Assembly: GCA_009914755.4 (NCBI GenBank)
Contig: CP068257.2
Location: 256,001 to 320,000, forward strand
Direction of reading: 5' to 3'
From: the human T2T-CHM13v2.0 reference genome, Homo sapiens
Length of the DNA stretch: 64,000 nucleotides
Shown here: piece by piece, positions 45,702 to 58,502 of the stretch
How the letters are laid out: each line of letters opens with the position of its first letter
Position numbering within the stretch: position 1 is the stretch's first letter
Translations under genes and position numbers: made by a program
Notes under the pieces: model-generated
Told to the model about the DNA's origin: nothing
The model's input: the letters and a program-made list of their open reading frames with translations, nothing else
Database searches by the model: none

Positions 45702-48700
45702 GATCCTTCACCAATGGTTAAGCACCATCTTCTTGATGCTGACCTAGTGATAGTGAGTTCTCATGAGATCTGGTTATATAACGGTGTGGCACCTCTTTCC
45801 TCTCTCAGCCTTGCTCCTACTCCTGCCGTATGAAACATTTCATTGTTGTTTTCCTACTGGTGTGATTGGGAGGCTTCCTGAGTCCTCCCAGAAGCAGAAG
45901 CAGAAGCCACTATGCTTTCTTTACAGCCTGCAGAACCATGAGCCAATTAAACCCCTTTTCATTATGATCATACAGAAAATAAAGTACTGCGAAGTGGAGC
46001 TATGAAATATCTTCAGTGACATTTCCCCATCGTCTTGGCTATTAGCACTGGACTTCTTTTTAATGCAAATATCTGAAGCCGTCTTGAAGTTTCCCCCTGA
46101 AAATGGACTTCTTTTTCTTATACGTTGTCAGGCTGCAACAAAGATAGCTGAAAATGTAAAGCAGATTCAGAAGTGGGTAACAGCCAGAGGTTGGAGAGTT
46201 TGGAGAGCTTGAAAGAAGACAGGAAGATGAAAGAAATTTTGGACCATCGTAGGCACTTGTTGAATAGTTGTGATTAAAAGTCTGGCAGAAGGATAGACAG
46301 TGAAGGCCAGGCTTACAAGGTCTCAGATGAAAATGAGGAAATTACTGGGAACAGGAGCCAAGGTTACTTTTGTTTTGCTGTAGCAAAGAACATGGCTGCA
46401 GGGCGACCTTGCCCTCGAGATCTGTGAAACTTTGAACTTGAGGGTGATGATTTAGTGCATATCTGGTGGAATTAACTTCTAGGCAGCATAGCATAAGGGG
46501 GATTCTGTCTGCATCAAACAGCCTGTGCTCTTGTGTGACTGAGGTTATGCGTGACCGAGGAAATGACCTCAAGTTGGAACTTATATTTAAATGACAAGCA
46601 GAGCTCAAAAGTTTAGAACCATTTGCAGCCTGGCCAAGTGGTCAAAAAGAAAAGCTGATTTTCAGGGGGAAAATTCATGAAGGTTCCAGAAATTTGCATA
46701 AAATGGAGGCCAGTGCTAATAGCCAAGACAATGGGGGAAAAAGCCTTGGAGGCATTTCAGAGATGGTTGCAGCAGCCCTTGGTGTCACAGACCCTGGGGC
46801 CTAGGAGAGAAGAATGGTTTCCGGGGCCAGCCCCATGGCCCTGCTGCTGTGTGCAGCCTCAGGATACTGCTGCCTGCATCCCAGCAGCCGCAGCTCCTGC
46901 TCCGACCTTGGCTGAAAGATGCACAGGTACAGATTGCATCACTGCTTCAGAGGGTACAAGCTATAAGGCTTCACGGCTTCCACATAGTCTTAAGCCAGCG
47001 AGTCCATAGAGCACTAGCCCAGAGGCTTCAGAGCCTTCATATAGATTTTGGAAGATGTATGAAAATGCCTGGATGTCCAGACAGAAAGCTGCCAAAAAAG
47101 CAGAGCCTCCTGGGAAACCTCTACTAGGGCAGTGCAGAAGGAAAATATGGGGTTGGAGCCTCCACACTGGAGGCCACCATCATGCAGACCCCAGATTCAT
47201 AGACCCACCAAGAGCTTTGTACCCTCTGTGGGTAAAAACTACAGGCACTCAACACCAGCAAAGCCCATGAGGGCAGCTGTGGGGACTGAAAACTGCAAAG
47301 ACACAGGTGCAGACCTGCCCAAGGCCTTGGGAGTCCAGCCCTCATGCCCTTGTGCCCTGGATGTGGGAGAAGGATTAAAAAAGGATGACTTTGGAGCTGT
47401 AGGTTTGAGTAACTGGCCTGCTGGGTTTTGGATTTTCCTGGGACCTGTAAGTCCCGTTTGTGTTTCGTTGTTCTCTCTGGCAAAAATCTTCCTTTAGGGT
47501 GGGAATTCTTACTCAATGCCTGGACAATCATACCTTGGAAGTAGTTAACTTGCTTTGTATTTCAGAGGCTCAGGAGCAGAAGGGACTGCATCTTTGTCTC
47601 AGATGAGACTTTGGGCTTCAGACATTTAAGTAAATGCTGGAATGAGTTAAGACCTTGGAGGTCTTAGCCAAGACGATGGGGAAAAGTCAATGAAGGCATT
47701 TTCATAGCTTCACTTCACAGTACTAATTTTCTGTATGATCATAACAAAAAGGGGTTTAATTGGCTGATGGTTCTGCAGGCTGTAAAAAAAAGCATAGTGG
47801 CTTGGGGAATGGTAAGTAAGGCATCACTGTATTTTGCAAAGTGAGAAGGACATGAGATTTGGGGAGGCAGGGACAGAATAAGATTCTGCTGTGTGTCCCT
47901 ATGGAAACTCATGTGGAATTGTAATGAGAAGTGTTAAAATTGGGGCCAGGTGGAAGATGATTTAATCATGGAGGGCACTGGGTGTTGGAAGGTGGAGATT
48001 GGGGAGGATGGGTGGATTACGCTGGTGGTGAGGGGTGAAAAGTGGGGGTGGGGGGGATCCCTCACAAATAGTTAAACACCATCTCCTTAATCCTTTCCTC
48101 ATGATGGTGATTCTCGTGATAGTTTTGGAGCTGTGAGATTTAATGGATACTGGCCTCCTGGGTTTTGGACTTGCATTGGCCCTGCGATCCCATTTGTGTT
48201 ATTTTCCTGGCAAACCTCTACCCTTTGGATTGAGAAAACTTACCCAATGCCTGTACCATCATTGTACCTTGAAAGAAAAGAACTCCCTTTTAAATTCCGG
48301 GACTTATAGGCAAAAGGGACTGCAGCCTTTTCTCAGGTGAGACGTGGAACTTTTTACATTCGAGTTAATGCTGAAATGACTAAAGACTTTTGGCAACTTT
48401 TGAAAAGGCATGATTGTATTTTACTCTGTGAGAAGGATATGATATTTGGGGGATCAGGGTCAGAATAATATGGTTTAGCTGTGTGTCCCTACCTAAACTC
48501 ACATGTAATTGTAATCCCGAATGTTGCAGGTGGAGCCTGGTGGGAAGTGATTTATTCATGGATGGGAGAGGGGTGGGGTTGGAAGTAAAAACAGATGGGT
48601 AAGGTGAGGAGGAGTAGGCTGGCTGTAGGGTGGGGTGTAGCAGGAAGGGAGTAGCCTGCCACAGAGGCAGAGGCTCATGGAAAACCTCTACTAAGGCAGT

Positions 48701-48959
48701 GCACCTGTGGCTTTGCAGGGTTTAACACCTGCTGCTGCCCTCATGGGCTGGGCTGGTGTTGAGTGCCTGTAGCTATTCCATACCGGGGGTGTGAGCTGTT
48801 GGTGGGTCTATGACTCTTGGGTCTGGAGGATGGTGGCGTGGGGGCTCCAAGCCCATATTTTCCTTCTGTACTGCCCTAGTAGAGGTTTTCCAAGGGGATC
48901 TGTCTCTGCCTCAGGCTTCTGCTTGGAAACAGTGGGTGGTGGATATGGGGAGGTGGGCG
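45702..48959 (+). repeat. MaLR-derived array unit 2 (3258 bp)
   Basis: Same architecture as unit 1; roughly 10-20% diverged from units 1 and 3 by eye. Confidence 0.75.
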
Positions 48960-51900
48960 GATCCTTCGCCAATAGTTAAGCACAATCTTCTTGATGCTGA
49001 TCTCCTGATAGTGAGCTCTCATGAGATCTAGTTGTATAACAGGATGTCTCACCTCTTTCCTCTCTCTGTCTTGCTTCTACTCCTGCCATATGAAACATTT
49101 CATTGCCGCTTTGCCTTTTGGTATAATTGGGGGGCTTCCTGAGTCCTCCTACAAGCAGAAACCACTATGCTTTCTTTACAGCCTGAAGAACTGTGCGTCA
49201 ATTAGACCTCTTTTCTTTATGTAGATACAGAAAATTAATGCTGTGAAGTTATGAAATGACTTCTAGGCGTTTCCCCCATTCTCTTGGCTATTAGCATTGA
49301 GCTTTTTTCAATGCAAATATTGGAGGCCATCTTGATGTTTCCCCTGATAATGGACTTTTCTTCTTTTACCACATTGCCAGGCTGCAACAAAGATAGCTGA
49401 CAGTGTAGAAGCAGGTTCCAAATTGGGTAGTGGCCAGAGGTTAGAGAGTTTGGAGAGCTTGGAAGAAGACAGGAAGATGAGGGAAAGTTTGGACGATTGC
49501 AGAGACTTGTTAAATAGTTATGATTAAAAGGCTGACAGAGGATGGATACTGAAGGCCAGGCTTGTAAGGTCTCAGATGAAAATGAGGAACTTACTGGGAA
49601 AAGGAGCCAAGGTTTTTCTGTTTTGCCTTAGCAAAGTAATTGGCTACACAGTGACCCTTCCCGGGAGATCTGTGAAGCTGAACGTGAGGGTGATGATTTA
49701 GGGTGTATCTGGTGGAATGAACTTCTAAGCAGCAAAGCTCAAGAGTTGTCCGGCCTACGTCGAACAGCCTGTGCTCCTATGTGTGATGAAAGAAATGACC
49801 ATAAGTTGGAACTTATATTTAAATGAGAAGCAGAGCTTCAACATTTGGAAAATTTGTAATCTGGACAAATGGTCAAAAAGAAAAGCTGATTTTCAGGGGG
49901 AAAATCAAGAAGCCTTCGGATATTTGCATAAAAAGGAGCCCAGTGCTAATAATTCAAGACAATGGGAAAAAGGCCTTGAAGGCGTTTCAGAGACCTTTGT
50001 AGCAGCCCTTGCTGTCACTGGCCCTGGGATTTAGGAGAAAAGAATAGTTTCCTGGCCCAGCCCCATGGCTCCAGTGCTGTGTGCAGCCTCAGGACACTGC
50101 TGCCTGCATCCCTGCAGCTCCCTTTCCAGCTCCAGCCATGGATGAAAGATGCACAGGTACAGCTTGTGTCATGCTTCAGAGGATGCAAGCTCCAAGCCTT
50201 GGTGGCTTCCACATAGTGTTAAGCCAGCAGGTGCATAAAGCACAGGACTAGAAGCTTCAGAGCCTTGTCTGGACTCCAGAGGATATATCAGAAATCCTGA
50301 GTGTCTAGCCAGAAGCTTTTCCAAGAGGCAGAGCCTCATGGTTAACCTCTACTCGGGCAGTACAAAAGGAAAGTATAGGGTTGGAGTCCCCATACAGGGA
50401 GGCACCATTTTCCAGACCCCAGTTTCATAGACTCACCAGCTGCTTGTACCCTTAGTGTTGAAAAGCTACAGGCACTCAACACCAGCCTAGCCAATGAGGG
50501 CAGCTGTAGGGGGAAAATTCTGCAATGCCACAGGTGCAGAGCTGCCCAAGGCCTTGGGATCCCAGCCATCACACCACCCTGTGCTCTGGATGTGGACATA
50601 GATTCCAAAAAGATGATTTGGAGCTGTATGATGGAATGACTGGCCTGCTGGGTTTTTGACTTGCAGGGGATTTGTAAGTCCCGTCTGTGTTTTGTGCTTC
50701 TTTCTGGGAAATTTCTTCTTTTTGGCTTGGAATGCTTACCCAATGCCTGTACAATCATTGTAACTTGGAAGTGGTTAACTTGCTTTGTATTTCAGAGGCT
50801 CAGGCCAGAAGATATGACAGCCTTGTCTCAGAGGAGACTTTGGCCTTTGGACATTTGAGTAAATGCTGGGATGAGTTAAGATTTGGGGGACTCTAGGGAA
50901 GGCATCATTGCATTTTGCAATGTGAGAAAGACCTGAACTTTGGGGGACCAGGGACAGAATAATATGTTTTTGCTCTGTGTCTCTACCAAAACTCATGTAG
51001 AATTTTAATGGGAAATGTTAAAGGTGGGGGCTGGTGGAAGGTGATTTAATTATGGTGAAGAGTGGAAGTTAGATGGTTAGGGGGTTGGGGAGGGTTGGGG
51101 AGATTAAGGGGTGGGGAGGGTAGGGGGGATTGTGGTGGGGTTGGGGGTGAAAGACAGGGGTGGGGGGTGGATCCTTCTCAAATGGACATTTGAGTAAATG
51201 CTGGAATGAGTTCAGACATTGGGGGACTGTAGAGAATGCATCATTGTATTTTGCAGTATGAGAAGGATGTGATCTTGGGGGGCCAAAGGGAGAATAATAT
51301 GATTTGTCTCTGTGTCCCTACCAAAACTCATGTGGAATTATAATGGGGAATGTTAAGTATGGGGCTTGGTAGAAGGTGATTTAATCATGGTAGAGAATGG
51401 GGGTTGGAAGGGGGATGTGGGAGAATGGAGGTTCATGGTGTGGGTGAGGGTGAAACATGGGGATGGGTGGCAGATCCTTCACAAATGGTTAAATACTATC
51501 TCCTGAATGCAGTCTGTGTGATAGTGAGTTCTCATGATAAATGAATGCTGTCCTGCTGGGTTTTGGAGCCAGATTGGGCCTGTGTCCCATTTGTGTTATT
51601 TTTCTGGGAAAACCTTCCCTTTGGTTTGAGAAAGCCTACCCAGTGCCTGTGCCATCATTGTAACTTGAAAGAAAAGAATTGTCTTTTACATTCAGGGACT
51701 CATAGGCAGAAGGGATTGCAGCCTTCTCTTGGATGAGACTTGAACTTACTACATTTGAGTTACTGCTGGAATGAGTTAAGACTTTTTGAAACTTTTGAAA
51801 AGACATGTTTGTATTTTTCTGTGTGAGAAGGACATGAGATGTGGGGGTGTCAGGGTCAGGATAATATGGTTTGGCTGTGTTTCCCTACAAAAACTCATGG

Positions 51901-52371
51901 GGAATTGTATTCCTGACAGTTGTAGGTGGGGCCTGGTGGGAGGTGATTTAATCACAAATGGGAGGTTGGTAGGGGTGGAAGGGAAAACAAATGGGTAGGA
52001 TGGGGAGGAGTAGGCTGGCAGTAGGGTGGTGAGAGTTTCGTGGGCAGTAGTAAGGGGGAGTAGCCTGCTGCAGAGGCAGAGCCTCATGGAAAACCTCTAC
52101 CAGGGCAGTGAACCTATGGCTTTGCAGGGTGTAGCCCCCATGGCTGCCCTCATAGGCTGGGCTGTTGTTGAGTGCCTGTAGCTTTTCCATACTGAGAGTG
52201 CAAGCTGTTGGTGAGTCTATGAATCTGGGGTCTGAGGATGGTAACCTCCTGTGTGGGGCCTCCAAGCCCATATACTTTTTCTGCTCTGCCCTATTAGAGG
52301 TTTTCCTAGTGGCTCTGCCTCTGCCTCAGGCTTCTGCCTGGAAACAGTGAGGGGTGTGGGTGGTAGGGGGC
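48960..52371 (+). repeat. MaLR-derived array unit 3 (3412 bp; carries an extra ~300-bp duplication of the G-rich/LTR segment near 51000-51480)
   Basis: Landmarks at 48960 and 52372; duplicated segments ggtggatccttctcaaatgga (51166) and ggcagatccttcacaaatggttaaatac (51470). Confidence 0.75.
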
Positions 52372-55300
52372 AGAACTTTCACCAATGGTTAGGCAACATC
52401 TTCTTGATACTGACCTTGTGATAGTGAGTTCTCAGGAAATCTGGTTGTATAACAGGGTTATACAACGTGTGGCACCTTTTTCCTCTCTCTGTTTTGTTTC
52501 TACTTCTGCCATATAAAACATCCCATTCCTGCTTGGTTTCTGGTATGATTGGGAGGCTTCCTGAGTCCTCCCAGAAGCAGAAGCCTCTATGATTTATTTA
52601 AAGCTTGCAGAACCATGAGCCAGTTCAACCTCTTTTCTTTCAGATTATATAGAAAAATAATGCTATAAAGTGGAACTATGAAATGCCTTCAAGGCCTTTT
52701 TCCTATTCTCTTGGCAATCAGCACTCAGCTTCTTTTCAGGCAAATATGTGAAGCCTGCATTAATTTTTCTCCTGAAATGGACTTTTCTTCTTTTACCACA
52801 TTGCCAGGCTGTGACAAACGTAGCTGAAAATGTAGAAGCAGGTTGAGAAGTGTGTAATGGCCAGAGGTTGGAGAGTTTGGAGGTCTTGGAAGAAGACAGG
52901 AAGATGAGGAAAAGTTTGGATCAGTGTAGAGACTTGTTAAATAGTTATAATTAAAAAGGTGACAAAAGGATGGACAGTGATCACCAGGCTTAGAAGGTCT
53001 CACATGAAAATGAGGAGCTTGCTGGGAACAGGAGTCAAGGTCACTTCTGTTTTTTCCTTAGCAAAGAATGTTGCTGCACAATGCCCCTAACCTGGAGACC
53101 TGTGAAATTTTGAACATCAGGGTGATAATTTAGAGTGTATTTTGTGGAATGAAATTTTAGGCAGCAAAGCTTAAGAGGTGTCCTGTCTGTTTCGAACAGC
53201 CTGTGGTCCTATATGTGACAAAAGAAATGACCTCAAGGTTAAACTTGTATTTAAATGAGAAGGAGAGCTTAAAAGTTTGCAAAATTTGAAGCCTGGCCAA
53301 GTGGCCAAAAAGAAAAGCTGATTATCAGTGGGAAAGTTCAAAAAGTCTTCAGAAATGTGCATAAAAAGGAGTTCAGTGCTAATAGCCAATACAATGTTAA
53401 AAAGGTCTTGAAGGCATTTCAGAGACTTTTGCAGCAGCCCTTGCTATCACAGGCCCTGAGGCCTGGGAGAAAAGAATGGTTTCCGTCTCCAGCCCCATGG
53501 CCCCGCTGCTATGTCCATCCTCAGGACACTGCTGGCTGCATTCCTGAGGCTCCAACTCCGGCCTTGGGTGAAAGATGCACAGGTACAGCTTGGGTCACTG
53601 CTTCAGAGGGTGCAAGCTGCAAGCCTTGGTGGCTTCCACATAGTGTTAAGCCAGCAGGTGCACAGAGCACAAAACTAGAGGCTGGGGATCCTTTGTCTGG
53701 ACTACAGAGTATGTATGGAAAAACCTTGGTGTCCAGGTGGAAACTTTTCCAAGAGGCAGAGCCTCCTTTACTTAGGCAGTACAGAAGGAACATATACGTT
53801 TGGAACCCCATACAGGGAGGCAGCATTCTGCAAACGCCAGATTCATAGACTCACTAGCAGCTTGCACCCTGATTGTGGAAAAGCTATAGGTACTCCACAA
53901 CAGCCCAGCCCATGAGGGCAACTGGGGAGGTTAGACCCTGCAAAGTCACAGATGCAGACCTGCCCAAGGCCTTGGGATCCCAGGCCTCATACCCTTGTGC
54001 TCTGGATATGGGATCTGGATTCAAGAAAAGTGATTTGGAGCTGTAGGAATCAATGACTGGCCAGTTGGGTTGTTGACTTTTATGGGGTCTGTAAGTCCCA
54101 ACTGTGTTTTGTACTTCTTTCTGGCAAATTTCTTCCTTTTGGCTGGGAATACTTACCCATGCATGTACAATCATTGTACTTTGGAAGTGCTTGCTTTGTA
54201 TTTCAGAGGCTCAGGGGTAGAACATATGGCAGCCTTGTGTCAGAAGAGACTTTGGGCTTTGGACATTTCAGTAAATGCTGGAATGAGTTAAGAGATTGAG
54301 AAACTGTAGAGAAGGCATCATTGAACTTTGCAGTGTGAGAACAACATGAGATATGAGGGCCAGGGTCAGAATAATATGATTTGGCTCTGCATCCCTACCA
54401 AACTCATGTGGAATTGTAATGGGGAATGTTGAAGGTGGGGTCTGGTGGGAGGTGATTTCATAATGGAGAAGCATGGGGTTTGGAGGTAGGGCTGTGGGGA
54501 GAATGGGGGAGATTATTTTGTGGGTGGGAGTGAAAGATGAGGGTGGGGGTGCAGATCCTTCACAAATGGGTAAACACTATCTCCTTAATGCTGTTCACAT
54601 GACAGTGAGTTCTCTTGATGATGTTGGAGCTGTGAGATTGAGTGAATACTGTCCTGATGGGTTTTGGACTTGCATTGGGCCTGTGGGCCCATTTGTGTTA
54701 TTTTTCTGGGAAATCTCTTCCCTTTGGACTGAGAAATCTTACACAATGCCTCTACCATCATTGTACCTTGAAAGAAAAGAACTCCATTTTAAATTCAGAG
54801 ACTCATAGGCAGAAGGGACTGTGGCCTTATCTCAGATGAGACTTTGAATTTTTTACATTCGGAGTGAGTTAAGACTTTTGCAAACTTTTGAAAAGTCATG
54901 ATTGTATTTTGCTCTGTGATAAGGACATGAGATTCTGAAACATCAGGGTCAGAATTATATGGTTTGCCTGTGTGTCCTTATGAAACTCATGTGGAATTAT
55001 AATCCCTAATGTTGAAGCAAGTGACTTAATTATGGACAGGAGATTGGTGGTGATGGAAGGTAAAAGGGATGGGTAAGATTGAGAGGAGTGGGTTGGCTGT
55101 AGGGTGTTTGGAGGGTGGGGGGTAGTAGGAAGGGGGAGTAGCCTGCTGCAGAGGCAAAGCCTCATGGAAAACCTCCACTAGGGAAGTGCACCTGTGGCTT
55201 TGCAGGTTTTAGCCCCTCAGCTGTTCTCCTGGGCTGGGCTGGTATTGAGGGCCTGTAGCTTTTCCACACTAAGGGCGTGAGTTTGTGCGTCTATGAATCT

Positions 55301-55444
55301 GGGATCTGGAGGTTGGTGGCCACCTGTGTGGGGGCTCCAAGCCCATATTTTCTTTCTGTACTTCCATAATAGAGGTTTTCTAAGAGGTTCTGCATCTGAA
55401 GGAGGCTTCTGCCTGGAAACAGTGGGAGTTGGGGGTGTGGGGCG
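52372..55444 (+). repeat. MaLR-derived array unit 4 (3073 bp)
   Basis: Landmarks at 52372 and 55445. Confidence 0.75.
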
Positions 55445-58334
55445 GATCCTTCACCAATGTTTAAGCACCATCTTCTTGATGCTGACTTTGTGATAGTGAG
55501 TTCTCATGAGATCTGCTTGTATAATGCAGCATGACAACTTTTTCCTTTCTCTGTCTTGCTCCTACTCTTGCCATATGAGACATCTCCTTGCCCCTTGACA
55601 TTCTGGTATGATTGGGAGGCTTCCTGTGTTTTGTCAGATGCAGAAGTCATCATGCTTCCTTACAGCCTGCAGAATCATTAACCAATTAAACCTCTTTTCT
55701 TTGTGATCATTGAGAAAATTATGACTGCAAAGTGGATCTATTAAGTGTCTTCAAGGCCTTCTCCCTAACGTCTTGGCAATCAGCACTCAGCTTCTTTTCA
55801 CTCAAGTATCTGAAGCCTCCTTGACTTCTTCCCCAGAAAATGGGCTTGTCTTCCTTTACCACATTGCCAGCCTGCAACAAAGATAGCTGATAATGTAGAA
55901 GCAGGTTCAGAAGGGGGTAGCAGATGGAGTTTGGGAGAGTTTGGCGGACTTCAAAGACAGGGAGATGAGGGAAAGTTTGGATCTTTGTAAAGAATTGTTA
56001 AATACTTGTGATCAGAAGGCTCACAGGAAAATAGACAGTAAGGATCAGATTGAGAAGCTCTGAGATGAAAAGGAGGAACTTACTGCAAACAGGAGCCAAG
56101 GTTACTTTTGTTTTGCTGTAGCAAAGAACGTGGCTGCACAGTGACCCTGCCCTGGAGATCTGTGAAACTTTGAACTTGAGGGTGATGACTTACTGAGTAT
56201 CTGGTGGAATGAACTTCTGGGCAGCAAAGCTCAAGGGGTGTCCTGTCTGTATCAAATAGCCTGTGCCCTTATGTGTGACTGAGGAAATGACATCTGGATG
56301 GGTCTTACATTAAATCAGTCCCAACTCTTATATTATATGAGAAACAGAACTCAAAAATTTGCAGCCTGGCCAAATGGTCAGAAAGAAAAGCTCATTTTCA
56401 GGGGAAAACTGAGGAAGGCTTCAGAAATTTGCATGAAAAGGAGCCCAGTGCTAATAGCCAAGACAATAGGGAAAAGGCCTTGAAGCCATTTCAGAAACCT
56501 TTGCAGCAGCCCTTGCTATCATAGGCTCTGGGGCCTCAGAGAGAAGAATGGTTTCCTGGGCCAGTTCCATGACCCCCCTCTATATGCAGCCTCAGGACAC
56601 TGCTGCCTTCATCCCTGCAGTTCTAGCTCCAGCCATGGCTAAAAGATGCACAGGTACAGCTTGCATCACTGCTTCAGGGGTGCAAGCTTCAAGGCTTGGT
56701 GGCTTCCACATAGTGTTAAGCCAGCAGCTGCACAGAGCACATAACTAGACGCTTGCAAGCCTTTGTCTAGACTCCAGAGTATGTACGGAAAAACCTGGCT
56801 GTTCACACAGAATCTTTTCCGAGGCAGAGCCTCACGGGAAACTTTTACTAGGGCAGTACAGAAGGAGCATTTAGGGCTGGAGTCCCTAAATATGGAGGCA
56901 CCATTCTCCAGACTCCAGATTCATAGACCCACCAACAGCTGGCACCCTTAGTATGGAAATGCTACAGGCACTCAACATCAGCCCAGCCCATGAGGGCAGC
57001 TGCGGGGGATAGACCCTGCACAGCCACAGGTGCAGAGCTGCCCAAGGCCTTGGAAGCCCAGGCATCACACACCTGTGCTCTAGATGTGAGATGTAGATTC
57101 AGAAAAGATGATTTGGAGCTATAGGATTCAATGACTGGCCTGCTGGGTTTTTGACTTGCATGGGGTCTGTAAGTCCTTGTACATTTCAGTAAATGCTGGA
57201 ATGAGTTAAGTCATTGGGGGACAGTAGAGAAGTCATCAGTGTATTTTGCAGTGTGACAAGGATACAAGATTTGGGGAGCAAGAGCCAGAATAATATGATT
57301 TGATTCTGTGTCCCTACCAATGCTCATGTGGAATTGTAGTGGGGAATGTTAAAGGTGGGACCTGGTGGGAGGTGATTTAATCATGGAGAAGAGTGGGTGT
57401 TGGAGGTAGGGGTGTGGGGAGAATGGGAGAGATTATTTTGTGGGTGGGAGTGAAAGATGAGGGTGGGGGGCAGATTCTTCACAAATGAGTAAACATTATC
57501 TCCTTAATGCTGTCCGCACGACAGTGAGTTCTCTTGATGATTTTGGAGCTGTGAGATTGAGTAAATACTGTCCTGCTGGGTTTTGGACTTGCATTTGTGT
57601 TATTTTTCTGGGCAACTTCTTCCCTTTGGATTGAGAAGCCTTACCCAATGACTGTTGTACCTTGAAGGAAAAGAAATCCCTTCTAAATTCAGGGACTCAT
57701 TGGCAGAAGGGACTGTAACCTTGTCTCAGATGAGACTTTGAAATTTTTACATTCGGAATGAGTTAAGACTTTTGGAAACTTTTGAAAAGGCATGATTGTG
57801 TTTTGCTCTGTGAGAAGGACATGAGGTTCTGGGGAATCAGGGTCAGAATAATATGGGTTGGCTGTTGGCTGTGTGTCCCTATAAAACTCATGTGTCATCC
57901 TTAATGTTGGAGGTGGGCCAGGTGGGAAGTGACTTAATCTTGGATGGGAGGGGGTTGGGGTGGAAGGAAAAGGAGGGATAGTGTGGGGAGGAGTAGGTTG
58001 TCAGTAGGGTGGTGTGAGGGTGGGAGTAACCTGCTGCAGAGGCAGAGGCTCATGGGAAACCTCTACTAGGAGAGTGCACCTGTGGCTTTGCAGGGAGTAA
58101 CCCCCACAGCTGCTCTCATGGGCTGGGTTGGTGTTGAGTGCCTGTAGCTTTTCCATACTGAGAGTGTGAGCTGTTGGTGGGCTTATTAATCTGGAGTCTG
58201 GAGGATGGTGGCCTCTTGTGTGGGGGCTCAAAGCCTCTATTCTCCTTCTGCACTGCCATAGTGGAAGTTTCCTAAGAGGTTCTGCCTCTGCAGGAGGCTT
58301 CTGCCTGGAAGCAGTGGGCAGTGGTGTGGTTGGA
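55445..58334 (+). repeat. MaLR-derived array unit 5 (2890 bp); followed by a 168-bp partial unit that ends abruptly at minisatellite copy B
   Basis: Landmarks at 55445 and 58335; the LTR piece …ctcattgccgcttggccttctgatatggttaggagg joins directly to ggcctgatcagtg…. Confidence 0.75.
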
Positions 58335-58502
58335 GAATCCTTCACCATTGGTGAGTCTTCTTGATGCTGATCTCCTGATAGTGAGTTCTCATGTGATCTG
58401 GTTGTCTAACAGGATGTCACACCTCTTTCCCCTCTCTGTCTTGCTCCTACTCCTGCCATATGAAACATCTCATTGCCGCTTGGCCTTCTGATATGGTTAG
58501 GA

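Larger units (their letters stand above)
40722..58502 (+). repeat. tandem array (period 2.9-3.4 kb, ~5.5 copies) of a rearranged THE1/MST-type MaLR (ERVL-MaLR) LTR-internal-LTR unit; macrosatellite-like
   Basis: Landmark gatccttcaccaatggtta at 42624, 45702, 48960, 52372, 55445, 58335. Landmark gatccttcacaaatggttaaacac at ~44790, 48060, 51470, 54560, 57475. MaLR LTR hallmarks: atatgatttggctgtgtgcccc…aactcatgtggaattgtaatcc…tgatttaatcatgg…cctgcagaaccatgagccaattaaacc. THE1-internal hallmarks: gaggttggagagtttggagagcttg…, ccaagacaatggg…gcagcccttg.tgtcacag.ccctggggcctaggag, tgtaccatcattgtaccttg, tctcagatgagacttt, gagttaagac. Confidence 0.8.

Noticed and set aside
41000-58500. Many 60-160-aa ORFs inside the MaLR array, such as 47124..47531, 50342..50758, 53357..53848 and 58001..58348
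   Set aside because: They recur at equivalent positions in each repeat unit and in the inverted fragments. They derive from degenerate MaLR internal sequence, which has no intact gag/pol coding capacity, and are not independent genes.
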